DNA of 64,000 bases from contig NW_003314343.1 of assembly GCF_000143415.4 (NCBI RefSeq), forward strand, positions 1 through 64,000, written 5' to 3'. The position numbers and the translations under genes were made by a program. Numbering within the stretch: position 1 is the stretch's first letter; every line of letters starts with the position of its first letter. Positions 1 through 11,700 of the stretch are shown here, piece after piece. The stretch is from Selaginella moellendorffii. Taxonomy: Eukaryota; Plantae; Lycopodiophyta. A model generated the notes under the pieces. It worked only from the letters and a program-made list of their open reading frames with translations, ran no database searches and was not told the origin of the DNA.

Positions 1-289
1 CCTAAACCCTAAACCCTAAACCCTAAACCCTAAACCCTAAACCCTAAACCCTAAACCCTAAACCCTAAACCCTAAACCCTAAACCCTAAACCCTAAACCC
101 TAAACCCTAAACCCTAAACCCTAAACCCTAAACCCTAAACCCTAAACCCTAAACCCTAAACCCTAAACCCTAAACCCTAAACCCTAAACCCTAAACCCTA
201 AACCCTAAACCCTAAACCCTAAACCCCTAAACCCTAAACCCTAAACCCTAAACCCTAAACCCTAAACCCTAAACCCTAAACCCTAAACC
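1..289 (+). repeat. Terminal telomere array (CCCTAAA)n, Arabidopsis-type; left chromosome end
   Basis: About 41 tandem CCCTAAA units from base 1 with one CCCCTAAA variant; C-rich strand on +. Confidence 0.98.
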
Positions 290-499
290 GATTCTGTCTT
301 GACCACGCCACAACATCAAGCCCACAATTGCAACCGCAATTGCACATGCCCGCCTCTGCTCCTCCAGCATCCTCTCCACCGTCAGATCTCCCGATCCAAC
401 GGTCCACGTGGTCCAAGCCTCAATCGTAAAAAATTCTAAGTCCCAGCACTTAGATTTTTTCTGGGCTATGGAGGAGAAAGATGCAAGGAGCAGCCACGG

Positions 500-2430
500 C
501 AGGGCATTCTGTCTTGACCACGCCACAACATCAAGCCAGGACAACTCCAAGCATGGCTCTGGATCCAGAGAAACCAGCCATGCTGTCCCTCTCTCCCCTC
601 GCCAGGGTCTGGCACAGCAAGTCTCCAAGCCAGGCATTTGCGTTGGCCCCTGTGTGCCGCACCTCGCTGCCACAGCGCCACAAAAAATCCCTGCCTGGAG
701 CTGCTCACTACCACTAAGAGTCCGGGAACTAGCTTGGCTTCTCGACACAGCAATCTCTTTGGTGTTTCCTGCGGCCCAGCTCCCCTGAATCGTGTCTGGC
801 ACAGCAAATTCCCCACAAAGGCTTTTTGCCCCTTTTGGTACAGTGCCTTGGCACCACCAAGAGATCATCAAAAATGCCAAGGGAGCTGCTCCCTGCCACA
901 CAGAGCGCCCACACCACCCAGAGATCACCACAGAAATGCTGTGCCTCACCAAAATCTGCCATGGGAGAAGCCTTTGCAACAGCAACAGCCACTGCAAAGG
1001 CCTCTTCTCTCTTCCACCGTCGGATCGCACAGATCCAACGGCTCAAGCGCTCAGCCTTCGAGTTGCCAGAAATTTCTAAGTCCTAGCACTTAGTTTTTGG
1101 CAATGGTAGAGGAAGCTATGGGAGCATGGCCGCTGTGTCCTGAGCACGCCACGGCCAGCTGCTCCAGCAGCAACAGCCACCGATGCAGGCAGCACCAGCC
1201 ACCGCAACAGCCCGCAGCTTGCTAACACCAACAGCTGCCGCGGCTGCTGCGCCAGCCAGCCAGCTAGCCATGCCACGGCCGGCCTCCAGCGACCGCCACG
1301 GCCAGCACTTAGGCCAGCACTCGCTGCCCAAAGCGCCAACGCTGTGGCTCGTCGCAGACCAACCCGTCAGTATCGTGTCCCAGCCAGCTGCCGCCCAGCA
1401 GCACCACCAGCGCTGCCTAGCAGCGCCCAGCTGCGCCAGGCACCACCACATGCTGCTCAGGGCCGCCACGTGCTGCCCAGAGCCGCTGCGTGCTTAGTGC
1501 CGCCCCATGCCGCCCAGTGCTGCTCACGAGTGCCCAGCTCACGTGTCAGCACCGCCCAGCAACGCGCTGTACTGCCAGCGACGCGCGGTACTGCACAATG
1601 ACGCACGGCACTGCCCAGCAACACGCGGTACTGCACAGTGACGCGCGGCACTGCCCAGCGACACGCAGTACTTCCAGAGACACGTGGCACTGCCCAGTAC
1701 CGCCTGGTACCGCCCAGTGCCGCCCAGCAGCTCCAGGCCGGGCATTTACGTTGGCCCCCCTGTGCTGCACCTCACCGCCAGGACGCCACAGAAATCCCTG
1801 CCTGGAGCCACTAAGAGTCTCGAAGCTAGCTCTGCATCTCCACACAACAGCTTTTCTGGCGTCTGGTGCGGCCCAGCTCCCCTGACTCAGGTCCGGCATA
1901 GCAAATGCCCCACAAAGGCTTTTTGGTCCCCTTGGCGGCTGCTTCGGCACCACCAAGGGATTTCCAAAAATGCTAGGGGGATTGCTCCCTGCTGTTGAGA
2001 GCGCCTGTGCCACCCAGACATCACCACAAAGCTGCTGTGATCTCTGGCACGATGCCCCTCACTCCCCTCGCACAGGTTTGGCACAGCATGTCTCCAGGCC
2101 GGGCATTTGCACTGGCCTCTGCGCGCTGTGTTCTGCCGCCAGAGCGCCACAAATAATCCCCACCTGGAGCTGCTTACGGCCACTAAGAGTTTGGGAGCTA
2201 GCTTGATATCTCCACTCAGCAGTCTTTCCAACGTCTAGCGCAGCCCAGCCCCCTGACTTGGGTCTGGTACAGCAAATCCCTCACAACGGCTTTTTGTCCC
2301 CCTCTGGTATGTTGCCTTGGCACCACCAAAGGATCACCAAAGATGCCAATGGGAATGCTCCCTGCCACTCCGAGCACCCAAGCTGCCTAGACATCGCCAC
2401 AACACTGCCAAAAATCGACCTAATCTGCCA
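500..2430. repeat. GC-rich internal repeats: three diverged ~330-350 bp units (~590-960, ~1730-2040, ~2060-2430) plus a short GCACTGCCCAGC-type array (~1490-1730)
   Basis: Recurring blocks ccactaagagt / gcccagctcccctga / ggcaccaccaa / tgctccctgc; 291-322 is also repeated at 506-537. Confidence 0.75.
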
Positions 2431-2639
2431 TGGAAGCACAAAACCAGCTTTGCATGCCAGCACTGGCCCTGCTACTGCAGAGCCAGACACTATGCCGATG
2501 GCACGGGCTCTCTCACCACCTCTGGTGCCAGATCCCTTGCAATCGCCACCCAGGCCAGCCCTTGCCACTGGAACAGAGCAGCGAGCCCTCTCGCCTTAAT
2601 GCTCTCCAGGACCTGGCCCAGTGCAGCAGCCACTGTCAC

Positions 2640-3445
2640 CTTTGCACTTGGCTCTGCTCTGCGTGTCCATGACACCACACTCAACACTCTCGACGAGTGC
2701 CTCGACACAACCAACAAATTGCCCTTCTATCGACGGAGGTACACAGATGACGGAGGGACAGGTACACGAGCAGGCCTCGAACGATGGCTCCGAGGATACG
2801 GCACGCTACGTCCCTCGATCAAGATCACCTCGGTGATCTCGCTCGAGGAGTTGGATATCCTGGATATCCTCGATATCCACTTCTTCAAAGGCCCTCGCTT
2901 TGAAGAGACAGGCTGCCTCGACTCGTCCACATTCCAGAAGCCGCTCAATGCCTACCAGTACCTCCCCTGGACGTCAGTTCACCCATGGCACCAGAAAGTG
3001 GCATTTATCCACAGTGAACTCCGGAGATACCTCCTCCGCGAGAGCACGGCCGATGGATTCCATGCCATGCGCACGCGGTTCTACCACTGCCTCTGTGCCC
3101 AGGGATACCTGATCTCCTTCCTCCAACACTGCCTCTCCAGCATCTCCTCTGACCAGTGACATCAAGCTCTCCTTGCATGCTTGCGCCACTCTAGTGACGC
3201 TTGTCGACGGGCCCCCCTCGCCTTTAAGCTGCCCTACACGCTTCACAGCATGCAGCTAGGCTTGGGGGACATCCTAAACCCTAAACAGGTGATGGATGAA
3301 GCTCCCGCAGACACACTCCCCTGAGTGATCACGTGCTGGAGATGCCTCCCGAACCCCAGTTCGTTCCTGGTCAAGGCTAAACTCGCGTTGCGAGCTCAGC
3401 CACATCTTCTACCACACTTTGCAAGAGACGGAAGCATATGATTGC
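2640..3445 (+). pseudogene. PLE reverse transcriptase remnant (motif C to thumb; most of the RT deleted)
   Basis: RRYTDDG, SIKITSVIS, LDIHFFKGPRFE, STFQKPLNAYQYLPW, AFKLPYTLHS are colinear with the RT at 53190-53800; contains stops and frameshifts. Confidence 0.9.
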
Positions 3446-3449
3446 ATCC

Positions 3450-4210
3450 TTCTCCGCATGACTGATGACCTTCAGGGTCTGGCCAATGGACTCTAGGTAT
3501 GTCCCAGTCACCCCAGGTCGTCCCCCACCGGTCAACGCCCGGTCAACGCCCAGTCTACTGTCCAAACAGGAATATTCCCGAATATTCCCTGACAGTCAGA
3601 TTGTTGACCGAGTCAACGAGGCCTACACCATTCGATTCTGCACCCCTTTCCAAGTGTGACTACGTTGGTCTCATCTCCTTACGATGGACACCACACCTTG
3701 GAAAGCTTGCGAATCTCATAATGGTGCCATGCGACGACGTCGACGCCACACGCGCCGACACCGCATACCCTATGACTCCCAGGGTCTGGCCGATGGACTT
3801 CAGGTATGTCCCAAGTCACTCCAGGCCACCCCCTTTCGAGTCAACGCCAGGTCAACGCGGAGTCAACGGTCAGAACGGAATATTCCCCAATATTCCGACT
3901 GTATCCCTGTTGACCGAGTCAAAACGGCATATACTGTTGGATTCCGCTCTTCCTTCCGATCGTGAATATGTGAGTTTCAACTCTGAACTCCACACACGAC
4001 TCGTGGAAAAGCGTGTATTCCGTTAAAACGGTGCCGCTCCCTCGACATCGGCGACACATGCCGACAGCTCGCGGGATGGCTCTCCCCTGCATCACCGCTG
4101 GACTCCGGGTATGTATGAGTGACCTCAGGCCCTCCACCATCCCAGTCCACACACGGTCAACGCAGGGTCAACGGTCAACGACGGAATATTCCCAGAATAT
4201 TCCCTGCAAA
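3450..4210. repeat. Tandemly duplicated 3' region of PLE-1 (two ~300 bp units plus a partial third) with GGTCAACG boxes and GGAATATTCC palindromes
   Basis: cagggtctggcc..tggact..aggtatgtccc at ~3473 and ~3780; ggaatattcc at 3569, 3877, 4183. Confidence 0.75.
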
Positions 4211-4540
4211 GTGAACCACGTTTTTCGTCACCGGGTACGTACGAGTGACACAAGCATTGTGGACGTAACGCATGCATCATATCATGCCGCGTTTACAAGT
4301 TATCTTGCGTCAAAGGTACGTCACCCGCCGGCTGAACGCTTACTGTCTTCGGCGATCCGCCGAAGTCATTCTCCGCAACTACCACTGCTGTGGAGTAACC
4401 AACACCAGCTGTGCTACGTTCGCACCCTCGCGAGCCAACGCTGCCACGCCACTTTGCATGGCCGCCACACGGACTTGCGCCACATGACAGAGCCAAAATA
4501 TAAGTAGAGTCGGCACCGAGCTAGGGTTAGGGTAGACACT

Positions 4541-4598
4541 AGACGACTACACCCGGCTGATGAGTCCCAAAAAGGACGAAACCGGTCTCGGGTTGTCT
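4541..4598 (+). ncRNA. Minimal type I hammerhead ribozyme (PLE-associated); predicted cleavage after C4587
   Basis: CUGAUGA, stem II GUCC/GGAC, GAAA, palindromic stem III ACCGGU, GUC triplet; stem I CCCGG/UCGGG plus AGACGA/UUGUCU. Confidence 0.93.
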
Positions 4599-4757
4599 CT
4601 TGTCCTCTCCCTCGCTCACGAATGAATGAAAATTCATTCCCTTGCCTCCTCTACTTGCTCTCGATCATGCCGTCTCGACAACGGCACACGGAGAATGTGG
4701 ATTGCACAAAGTGGTGCCGCAATCTCGCCGGATTGCAACACCGCGGGGTGTCTTTGA

Positions 4758-5153
4758 CCCTAAACGCCTAAACGCGCCTAAACCCTAAACCCTAAACCCT
4801 AAACCCCTAAACCCTAAACCCTAAACCCTAAAACCCTAAACCCTAAACCCTAAAAACCGGTAAACCCTAAACCTAAACCTAAACCCTAAACCCTAAACCC
4901 TAAACCCTAAACCCTAAACCCTAAACCCTAAACCGCGGGGTGTCTTTGACCCTAAACGCCTAAACGCGCCTAAATCCTAAACCCTAAACCCTAAACCCTA
5001 AACCCTAAACCCTAAACCCTAAACCCTAAACCCTAAACCCTAAACCGTAAACCCTAAACCGTAAACCCTAAACCCTAAACCCTAAACCCTAAACCCTAAA
5101 CCCTAAACCCTAAACCCTAAACCCTAAAACCCTAAACCCTAAACCCTAAACCC
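4758..5153 (+). repeat. Interstitial telomeric array (probable former chromosome end) containing a 42-bp copy of the PLE terminus
   Basis: CCCTAAA units with variants; 4741-4782 is repeated at 4933-4974. Confidence 0.95.
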
Positions 5154-5712
5154 ATATTAGTACGATCATTGCTTCTTGATGATGCATGTTTTTCACGTGT
5201 TTCTGGGATTGCACCCCAGTATTTCCACAGTTTGCCACTTGACCAGCCATCGGGGGAGGCAAGCACCACGGGTACACCAATAACTGGGATGAATGGGATT
5301 GCGATTGATGCAAACACAGCCAACTGAGGGGCAATGGTCGTAGTTACGATTCTCCGGTTTTCAAGCGAATGGAATGGATTCTAGCGGATTGTCAAGGCAG
5401 TCATCCACGGCCGCCGGGCGATAATAAAAGAAACTCATGATTGCCTTTCGCTGGTCGGTTTCATTACCACAGAGCCGCCCCCCAACTGGCTTGGTTCCAG
5501 AATGTAGAATCCATGTTGAATCACCACCTAGCATGACTACTGGGACTAGGTTCTCTGTCCCGGGCGGGGCACCAAGTGCACGTTTAAACCAGCCTACGGA
5601 TACTGGAGTGGATGCTAAAGAAATTCCATAAGGGTTCAAATATAGAGGGAAAGGGCCCATGAATAAGAGTGCACCCCCTTTTCCAATCGGTTAAGGGTCT
5701 TGGGATATTTGG

Positions 5713-5768
5713 GGTTAAGCGTCCTTAGGTTTGAATAGTATTGGGCTGGGTGACCTCCCAGGAATTCC
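5713..5768 (+). promoter_or_regulatory. 5S rRNA-derived internal Pol III promoter core (A box-IE-C box), not a complete 5S gene
   Basis: GGTTAAGCGTCCTTAGG..TAGTATTGGGCTGGGTGACCTCCCAGGAATTCC aligns to plant 5S GTTAAGCGTGCTTGGG..TAGTACTAGGATGGGTGACCTCCTGGGAAGTCC; followed by an LTR-like TTACA at 5781-5785. Confidence 0.8.
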
Positions 5769-5829
5769 AAATTCAGGAACTTACATTTATGTTTGTTTAT
5801 AATAGATGAGTCCATTGTGTTCTGCATAA

Positions 5830-7559
5830 CCTATTTTCTCTTCCGTTAGTAGCTCACATCTCTAGTGAGCATCTCGCACCTCTTGGTTCCTTAGCAACAC
5901 TTCTTGTGCTAGATCATCATTCTCATTTGCTATCCATACATCATCCCAAAAGGTTGTTATCGCGCTAGATAATGCCAACTTCAAGCTTGCCTTTCAACTT
6001 AGAGTATCTGCCACAATATTGCTCTTTCTAGGTTTATATAGAATTTTGCAATTGAACTCAGTCAAAGCATTAGCCCACTGACCTTATTTTCCTTTTAGGT
6101 CCGGCTGTGACAAGAAGTGTTTTGTTGCCACATTATCCGTGTAAACTTTGAAGTGTCTCCTAAGGTAGTGTCACTACTCCTTGAGTGCCTTAACCACCGC
6201 AAACAATTCCTTCTCGTGGCCAAGCCACTTTTGTTGAGTCTTGTCAAACTTCTTTGAGAAGAGTGCCACTGAATGGTTGTTTTGCTTCAAAACTGTGCTC
6301 AATGCAAAGTCTGAAGCATCCCTTCCTTCCTCAGCTTCCCTTTAAGGTGGATAAATGCCACCTCACATTTTGCTATCTATCCCTTTTCCCGTTTGGTCTG
6401 TTAAAGGCAAGACTATTTCCAAATAGTGTTTGATAAACTTTTGGTAGTAGTTGCATAAGCCCAAAAATGCCCTCAACTTGTGTATATGTGATGGTCGCTC
6501 CCATTCCTAAATTGCTTGGACTTTCTTAGGGTCCACCTTGAGCCCGTCCTTGCCCACCATATGCTCGAGAAACTTTACCTCTTGTTAAGCAACGTCACAT
6601 TTGCTCTCTTTAGCATATAACTTGTGTTCCCTTAGTTTCTCAAACACTTTCGTCAAGTGTTCAACATGCTCCTTTAACGTCTTGCTATAGATTAAAATGT
6701 CATCAATATAGATGACCACAAAGTGATCCAAATAAGGTCCAAAAGTGTGGTTCATCAGCGCCAAAAATGTTACCAATGTATTGCATAGCCCAAAGGGCAT
6801 CACCAGAAACTCAAACCTCCCATACCTTGTTTGACAGGTTGTCTTCTCGACATCTTCCTTTGCTACTCTGATCTGGTAGTATCTTGATCTTAGGTCAATC
6901 CTCGAGAAGCATTTTGCCTTTCCTAACCTATCGAATAGGTCCTCAATCCTTGGTTAAGGGTATTTGTTCTTCTTTGTATAGTTGTTGAGCAACAGGTAGT
7001 CTATGCATATGCGCATCTTTCTTTTTCACAAATAACACTGGCATCTTATACGGCGATTTGTTCAACCTAACATACACTTTATCCACCAACTCTTCTAGTT
7101 GGTGTTTGAGCTCGTCGAGTTCTTTTTTGTTCAAATGATAGAGAGGACGAACCACCGCCTTAGCACTTTTGATCAGCTCAATTTTATATTCTATAAGCTC
7201 CTCTGGCATAATATTTTGAAATTGGTCCAACACCTGCTATATCACTAAAGTTATGTCTTCTATTCCCGTCTTTTTGTCACTCCTCACTGAGAGTAAATAC
7301 AAAATTGCTATCATGGTTCCTTTAGTGAGTTGTCCTCTCATGGACACCAGGTTCAAACATAAGTGTTTGGCCTTACATTGTGCTACTTTTAGATCTTGGG
7401 CTTCCACCTTGGATCATTCTCCCCCGGCATTTGCCAATACCACAAGGTTCCTACTTTGTCTATGCAAGGCTACCACAAAACGATTGAACTAATCCATCCC
7501 AAAGATTACGTTAAATCCTACCATGTTCAACACGGTGAAATCCACGTATATTTTCCATG
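5830..7559 (-). mobile_element. Older degenerate Ty3/gypsy pol fragment (PR-RT-RH), interrupted by the younger copy; continues at 15734-16045
   Basis: [21 protein letters not shown], many stops; homologous to 11000-12700. Confidence 0.9.
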
Positions 7560-8686
7560 TGTAAGGAACCAACTCGCCGAGGTGTCGTAGGTTAAAGGAA
7601 CCCCGAAAGCATGACCAAAATGACAAAGAGTTCATCGGATGGGACCAAGTCGAAGATCGAGTCCAAGACCGACTCTAGGACCGAGTTCGAGATAGAGTCC
7701 GGAATCGAGTCCGAGACCGACTCGGGGACCGAGTTCGAGTCCGAGTTCGAGACCGAGTTCGAGACGGAGTCCGAGATCCGAAATCGGGTCCGAGGTCGGG
7801 TCCGAGATCGGGTCCGAGATCGAGTCCGAGACCGAATCCGAAGTCGGATCCGAAATCGGGTCCAAGATCGAGCCAGAGACTAAGTCCAAATACTAATACG
7901 GGTCAAGGGGTGAAAGCCCAAAGCGTGCGTCTCCCAGGGGGGGGGGGGGGGGGCTGCAGGAGGTTCCAAAAGTATAGTAGGGATAGTGAGGTCCAGGAAC
8001 CAGTTTTGAAGGGACTCTCCAGTTGGGCTTCCAAACCGACTTGAGGTTGAGACTGGGACCGAGGGGCCTTGGGTGGGAGTGAGCATAGACTTGGCTGGTG
8101 CCGGAGGGGCCATCCAAGGAAGTGCTCAAGAGCAGCTCTCACTCCCGAAAGGGAAACCGATTGCGGTGCTCCCGGCTCATGTGGAGTGGTGCCCCACTTG
8201 AGTACCATGCGGCTCATTGGTCCTCGCCCTTCCTAGGGGCTTGGGCCTTCCTTCGGGATGGAAGTGGGGGGGTAGAGGTACCCATACCGGGCTGCTAGGC
8301 CACGGTGTTTCACCCCGGCATCCCGAAGCAAGTGTTGCACTCAAGACTTGGGATTTAGAGGGTCCCATGATCAAGTCTTGTGGTACCCAAGGATGTTAGG
8401 AACCTGGAAGCTTGGTGTGTTTGGTTGCTTGTGCTTGCGGGGAGTGTAGCCGAACCTTAAGTCCAGTCTAACCCGGGGAGGGGGATTGGGAGAGATTGGG
8501 AATCCGTGGATGGATGGCTAACGCTCCGTTGCTCATGCAGTGAGTAGTTGAAACCAAGTAGAACCAAGTAGGAGTTGGTACCATAGGTGAGAACCTTGGC
8601 AAGGGAACTTAGCAAAAGCCAAGGCGGTGTCGGACGGATAGACGAGGTAAGCTGGCAAATGGGAAAGGAAAAATTTGTGGCTTACA
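7560..8686 (+). repeat. 5' LTR (1127 bp) with internal CGAGTC/CGAGAT-type hexamer array
   Basis: Starts TGTAAGGAACC, ends GGCTTACA; near-identical to 14577-15733 and, inverted, to 25682-26835. Confidence 0.96.
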
Positions 8687-8689
8687 ATT

Positions 8690-8701
8690 TGGTATCGGAG
8701 C
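8690..8701 (+). promoter_or_regulatory. Primer-binding site, tRNA-iMet type
   Basis: TGGTATCGGAGC 3 nt after the LTR (canonical TGGTATCAGAGC). Confidence 0.9.
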
Positions 8702-8745
8702 CTTTTCCTCAGTTCTAGCGAAGGATAGAGGCGGATTGCTGGGAG

Positions 8746-11700
8746 ATGGCAAGGGCAAGGCGTAAGCGAACCCAGGCGGAGACGGAACCTCCGCCAGAGC
8801 TGGAGCCTCCGGTCGAACAAGAGGCTATGGATGAGGAATCCTTGCATGAGGAGGACTCCAGTGAGGAAACTTCCAAACAGGAGTCCGGTGGCGAGGTTCG
8901 GTCGTCCAAAGCTCGATTGGACGTGCTAGAAGGACAGTTGGCACAGACCAATGCCCTGCTGGAGACTCTCGTACGCAAGCTAAAGCGTGACGAGAAGCGG
9001 AAGAAAAAGCGAAAGACTGCGGACGCTGGCAGCGCAGAAGGTGCGGACCCTTCGGCAGGGACTGAGGCAAAACCAGACAAGGTCGAACAGACCGAAGTGG
9101 AATCAGTCCCTCAGGCAGTTCCCAAGTACAAACCAAAGCCCCCACCGGTGTTCAAGAGAGTGAACGACTATAAGGTTGTGGAGGATTGGTTTTACGATAT
9201 GGAGGACTACTTCCGAGCGTTGCGGTTACCAAGCTCGGAGAAGGTCCCATGTGCAAAACCATACTTGGCAGATAATGCCAAGTCTTGGTGGAGAACGACG
9301 GAGGCCAACGAAGGACCGGTGGCCACCTGGGACATGATGAAGGCGAGGATCCGCGCAACATACGTTCCTCCGAATGCCACTCTGCATCTGAGGGATGAAC
9401 TAAGTAGGCTGAAGCAGACTAGAACCATCCAGGAATATGTGAATGTGTTCATGGCAAAGGGGATACTTGTCACGGACATGGGGGATATGGATGCGTTCCA
9501 TGCCTTCATATTAGGTTTGCAAACCTGGGCTCGCGGTGAGGTGATGCGCTGGAACCCGACCAACTACAAGGAAGCGTTGGATGCGGCCATCAAGGTGCAT
9601 TTCAACAATAACCTGCGAAAGGGGAACACGACGGGGTCGGGATCCACGTTTAGTAAAGGGGCCAAACCAAGGGGAATGTATAGCAGGGGGAAATTCAAGA
9701 AGAGTTTCTCTAAGAATGAGTCCTCGGGGTTCCGGAAAGGCAAATCCGGTGGCCAGCAAGCAAGTACGTGGGGGAGTCAAGCGAAAAAAGACAAACCCAC
9801 GGATAAGAAGGTCAAGTCGTATAGCAGCGTGGGAAACAACGTATGCTACAACTGCGGCGAAGCGGGACACTTCTCGAGGGAATGTCCCTACCCGAAGAAG
9901 GCCAGAGCCAATATGGCCATCAAGTCGGGTGAAGTCCAAACTGAGGTATGTGATCCAGCCCCTAACTCAAAGTTACTCATTACACGAGCAACTTTGGTAG
10001 AGAGTCGTTCGCGACATCTACTAGCCCTCCGAGGGAAGCTCGGAGGTAGCTTTGTTAAGATCCTTATTGACACGGGTGCTTCGGATAATTTTGTGGCTGC
10101 AGACATAGTCCGGCAAGCCGGACTAACGGTGCAGCGGCTAGGCGAACCAAGGACTATAGAGTTTGTTCAAGGTAGCCAAAGCACCGATGAGGTACTTCGA
10201 CAAGCGAGAGTCGAAGTGGGGACATGGAAAGTGGACATGGATTTCACCGTCTTGGACATGGCAGGATTTGACGTGATCTTCGGAATGGATTGGTTTAATC
10301 GGTTCGTGGTAGCCCTGCATGGACAAGGTAGGAACCTTGTGGTATTAGCGAATGCCCAAGGAAGAAGATCTAGGGTGGAGGCCCAGGATCTAAAGGTAGG
10401 GCAAAGCAAGGCCAAAGAGTCATGCTTAAACCTGGTGTCCACAAGAGGACAACTCACTAAGAAGGTCAAGTCGTATAGCTGCATGGGAAACAACGTATGC
10501 TACAACTGCGGTGAAGCGGGACACTTTTCGAGGGAATGTCCCTACCCGAAGAAGGCCAGAGCTAATATGGCCATCAAGTCGGGTGAAGTCCAAAACGAGG
10601 TATGTGATCCAGTCCCTAACTCAAAGTTACTCATTACACGAGCAACTTTGGTAGAGAGTCGTTCGCAACATCTACTAGCCCTTCGAGGGAAGCTCGGAGG
10701 TAGCTTTGTTAAAATCCTTATTGACACAGGTGCTTCGGATAATTTTGTGGCTGCAGACATAGTCCGGCAAGCCGGACTAACGGTGCAGCGGCAAGGCGAA
10801 CCAAGGACTATAGAGTTTGTTCAAGGTAGCCAAAGCACCGATGAGGTACTTCGACAAGCGAGAGTCAAAGTAGGGACATGGAAAGTAGACATGGACTTCA
10901 CCGTGTTGGACATGGCAGGATTTGACGTGATCTTCGGAATGGATTGATTCAATCGGTTCGTGGTAGCCCTACATGGATAAGGTAGGAACCTTGTGGTACT
11001 GGCGAATGCCCAAGGAAGAAGATCTAGGGTGGAGGCCTAGGATCTAAAGGTAGGGCAAAGCAAGGCCAAAGAATCCTGCTTAAACCTGGTGTCCACGAGA
11101 GGACAACTCACTAAAGGAACTAAGGCAGCCTTTTTGTGCTTACTCTCGGTGAAGAGTGACAAAAAGACAGGAACGGAAGAAGTACCTTTAGTGATCCAGC
11201 GGGTGTTGGAAAAATTCCAGGATACCATGCCGGAGGAGCTACCGGCGGGATTGCCCCCCGCACGACCGATAGAACATAAGATTGAGCTGGTCGAGGGCGC
11301 TGAAGCGGTGGTTCGTCCACCCTATCGTTTGAACGAAAAAGAACTCAAGGAGCTCAAGTGCCAACTAGAGGAGTTGGTGGACAAAGGGTATGTTAGGTTG
11401 AGCAAGTCGCCGTATGGAGCACCGGTATTATTTGTGAAAAAGAAAGATGGATCTATGCGCATGTGCATAGATTACCGGTTGCTCAACAAGTATACCAAGA
11501 AAAACAAGTACCCTTTGCCAAGGATTGAGGACCTGTTCGATAGGTTGGGAAAGGAAAAATACTTCTTGAGGATTGACCTCAGGTCAGGATACTACCAGAT
11601 CAGGGTAGCTGAGGAGAATGTCGAGAAGACAACCTGTCGAACGAGGTATGGGAGCTTTGAGTTTCTGGTGATGCCCTTTGGGCTGTGCAATGCGTCGGCA

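Larger units (their letters stand above)
290..4782 (+). mobile_element. Telomere-attached, endonuclease-deficient Penelope-like retroelement, family 1 (internally deleted, non-autonomous)
   Basis: PLE RT C-terminal motifs at 2730-3400 and no GIY-YIG. Hammerhead at 4541-4598. 3' end runs into variant telomere repeats and 5' end is capped by the telomere, as expected for priming from the chromosome 3'-OH. Confidence 0.85.

Noticed and set aside
269-2600. Many overlapping ORFs in the GC-rich subtelomeric repeat
   Set aside because: No motifs; explained by high GC and repetition
5713-5768. Functional 5S rRNA gene
   Set aside because: 5' half and 3' terminal stem/terminator are absent
7611-7889. 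ESEFETEF / RVRDRV-type ORFs in LTRs (also 14628-14942, 26463-26784, 60460-61526)
   Set aside because: By-products of stop-poor hexamer arrays, open on both strands
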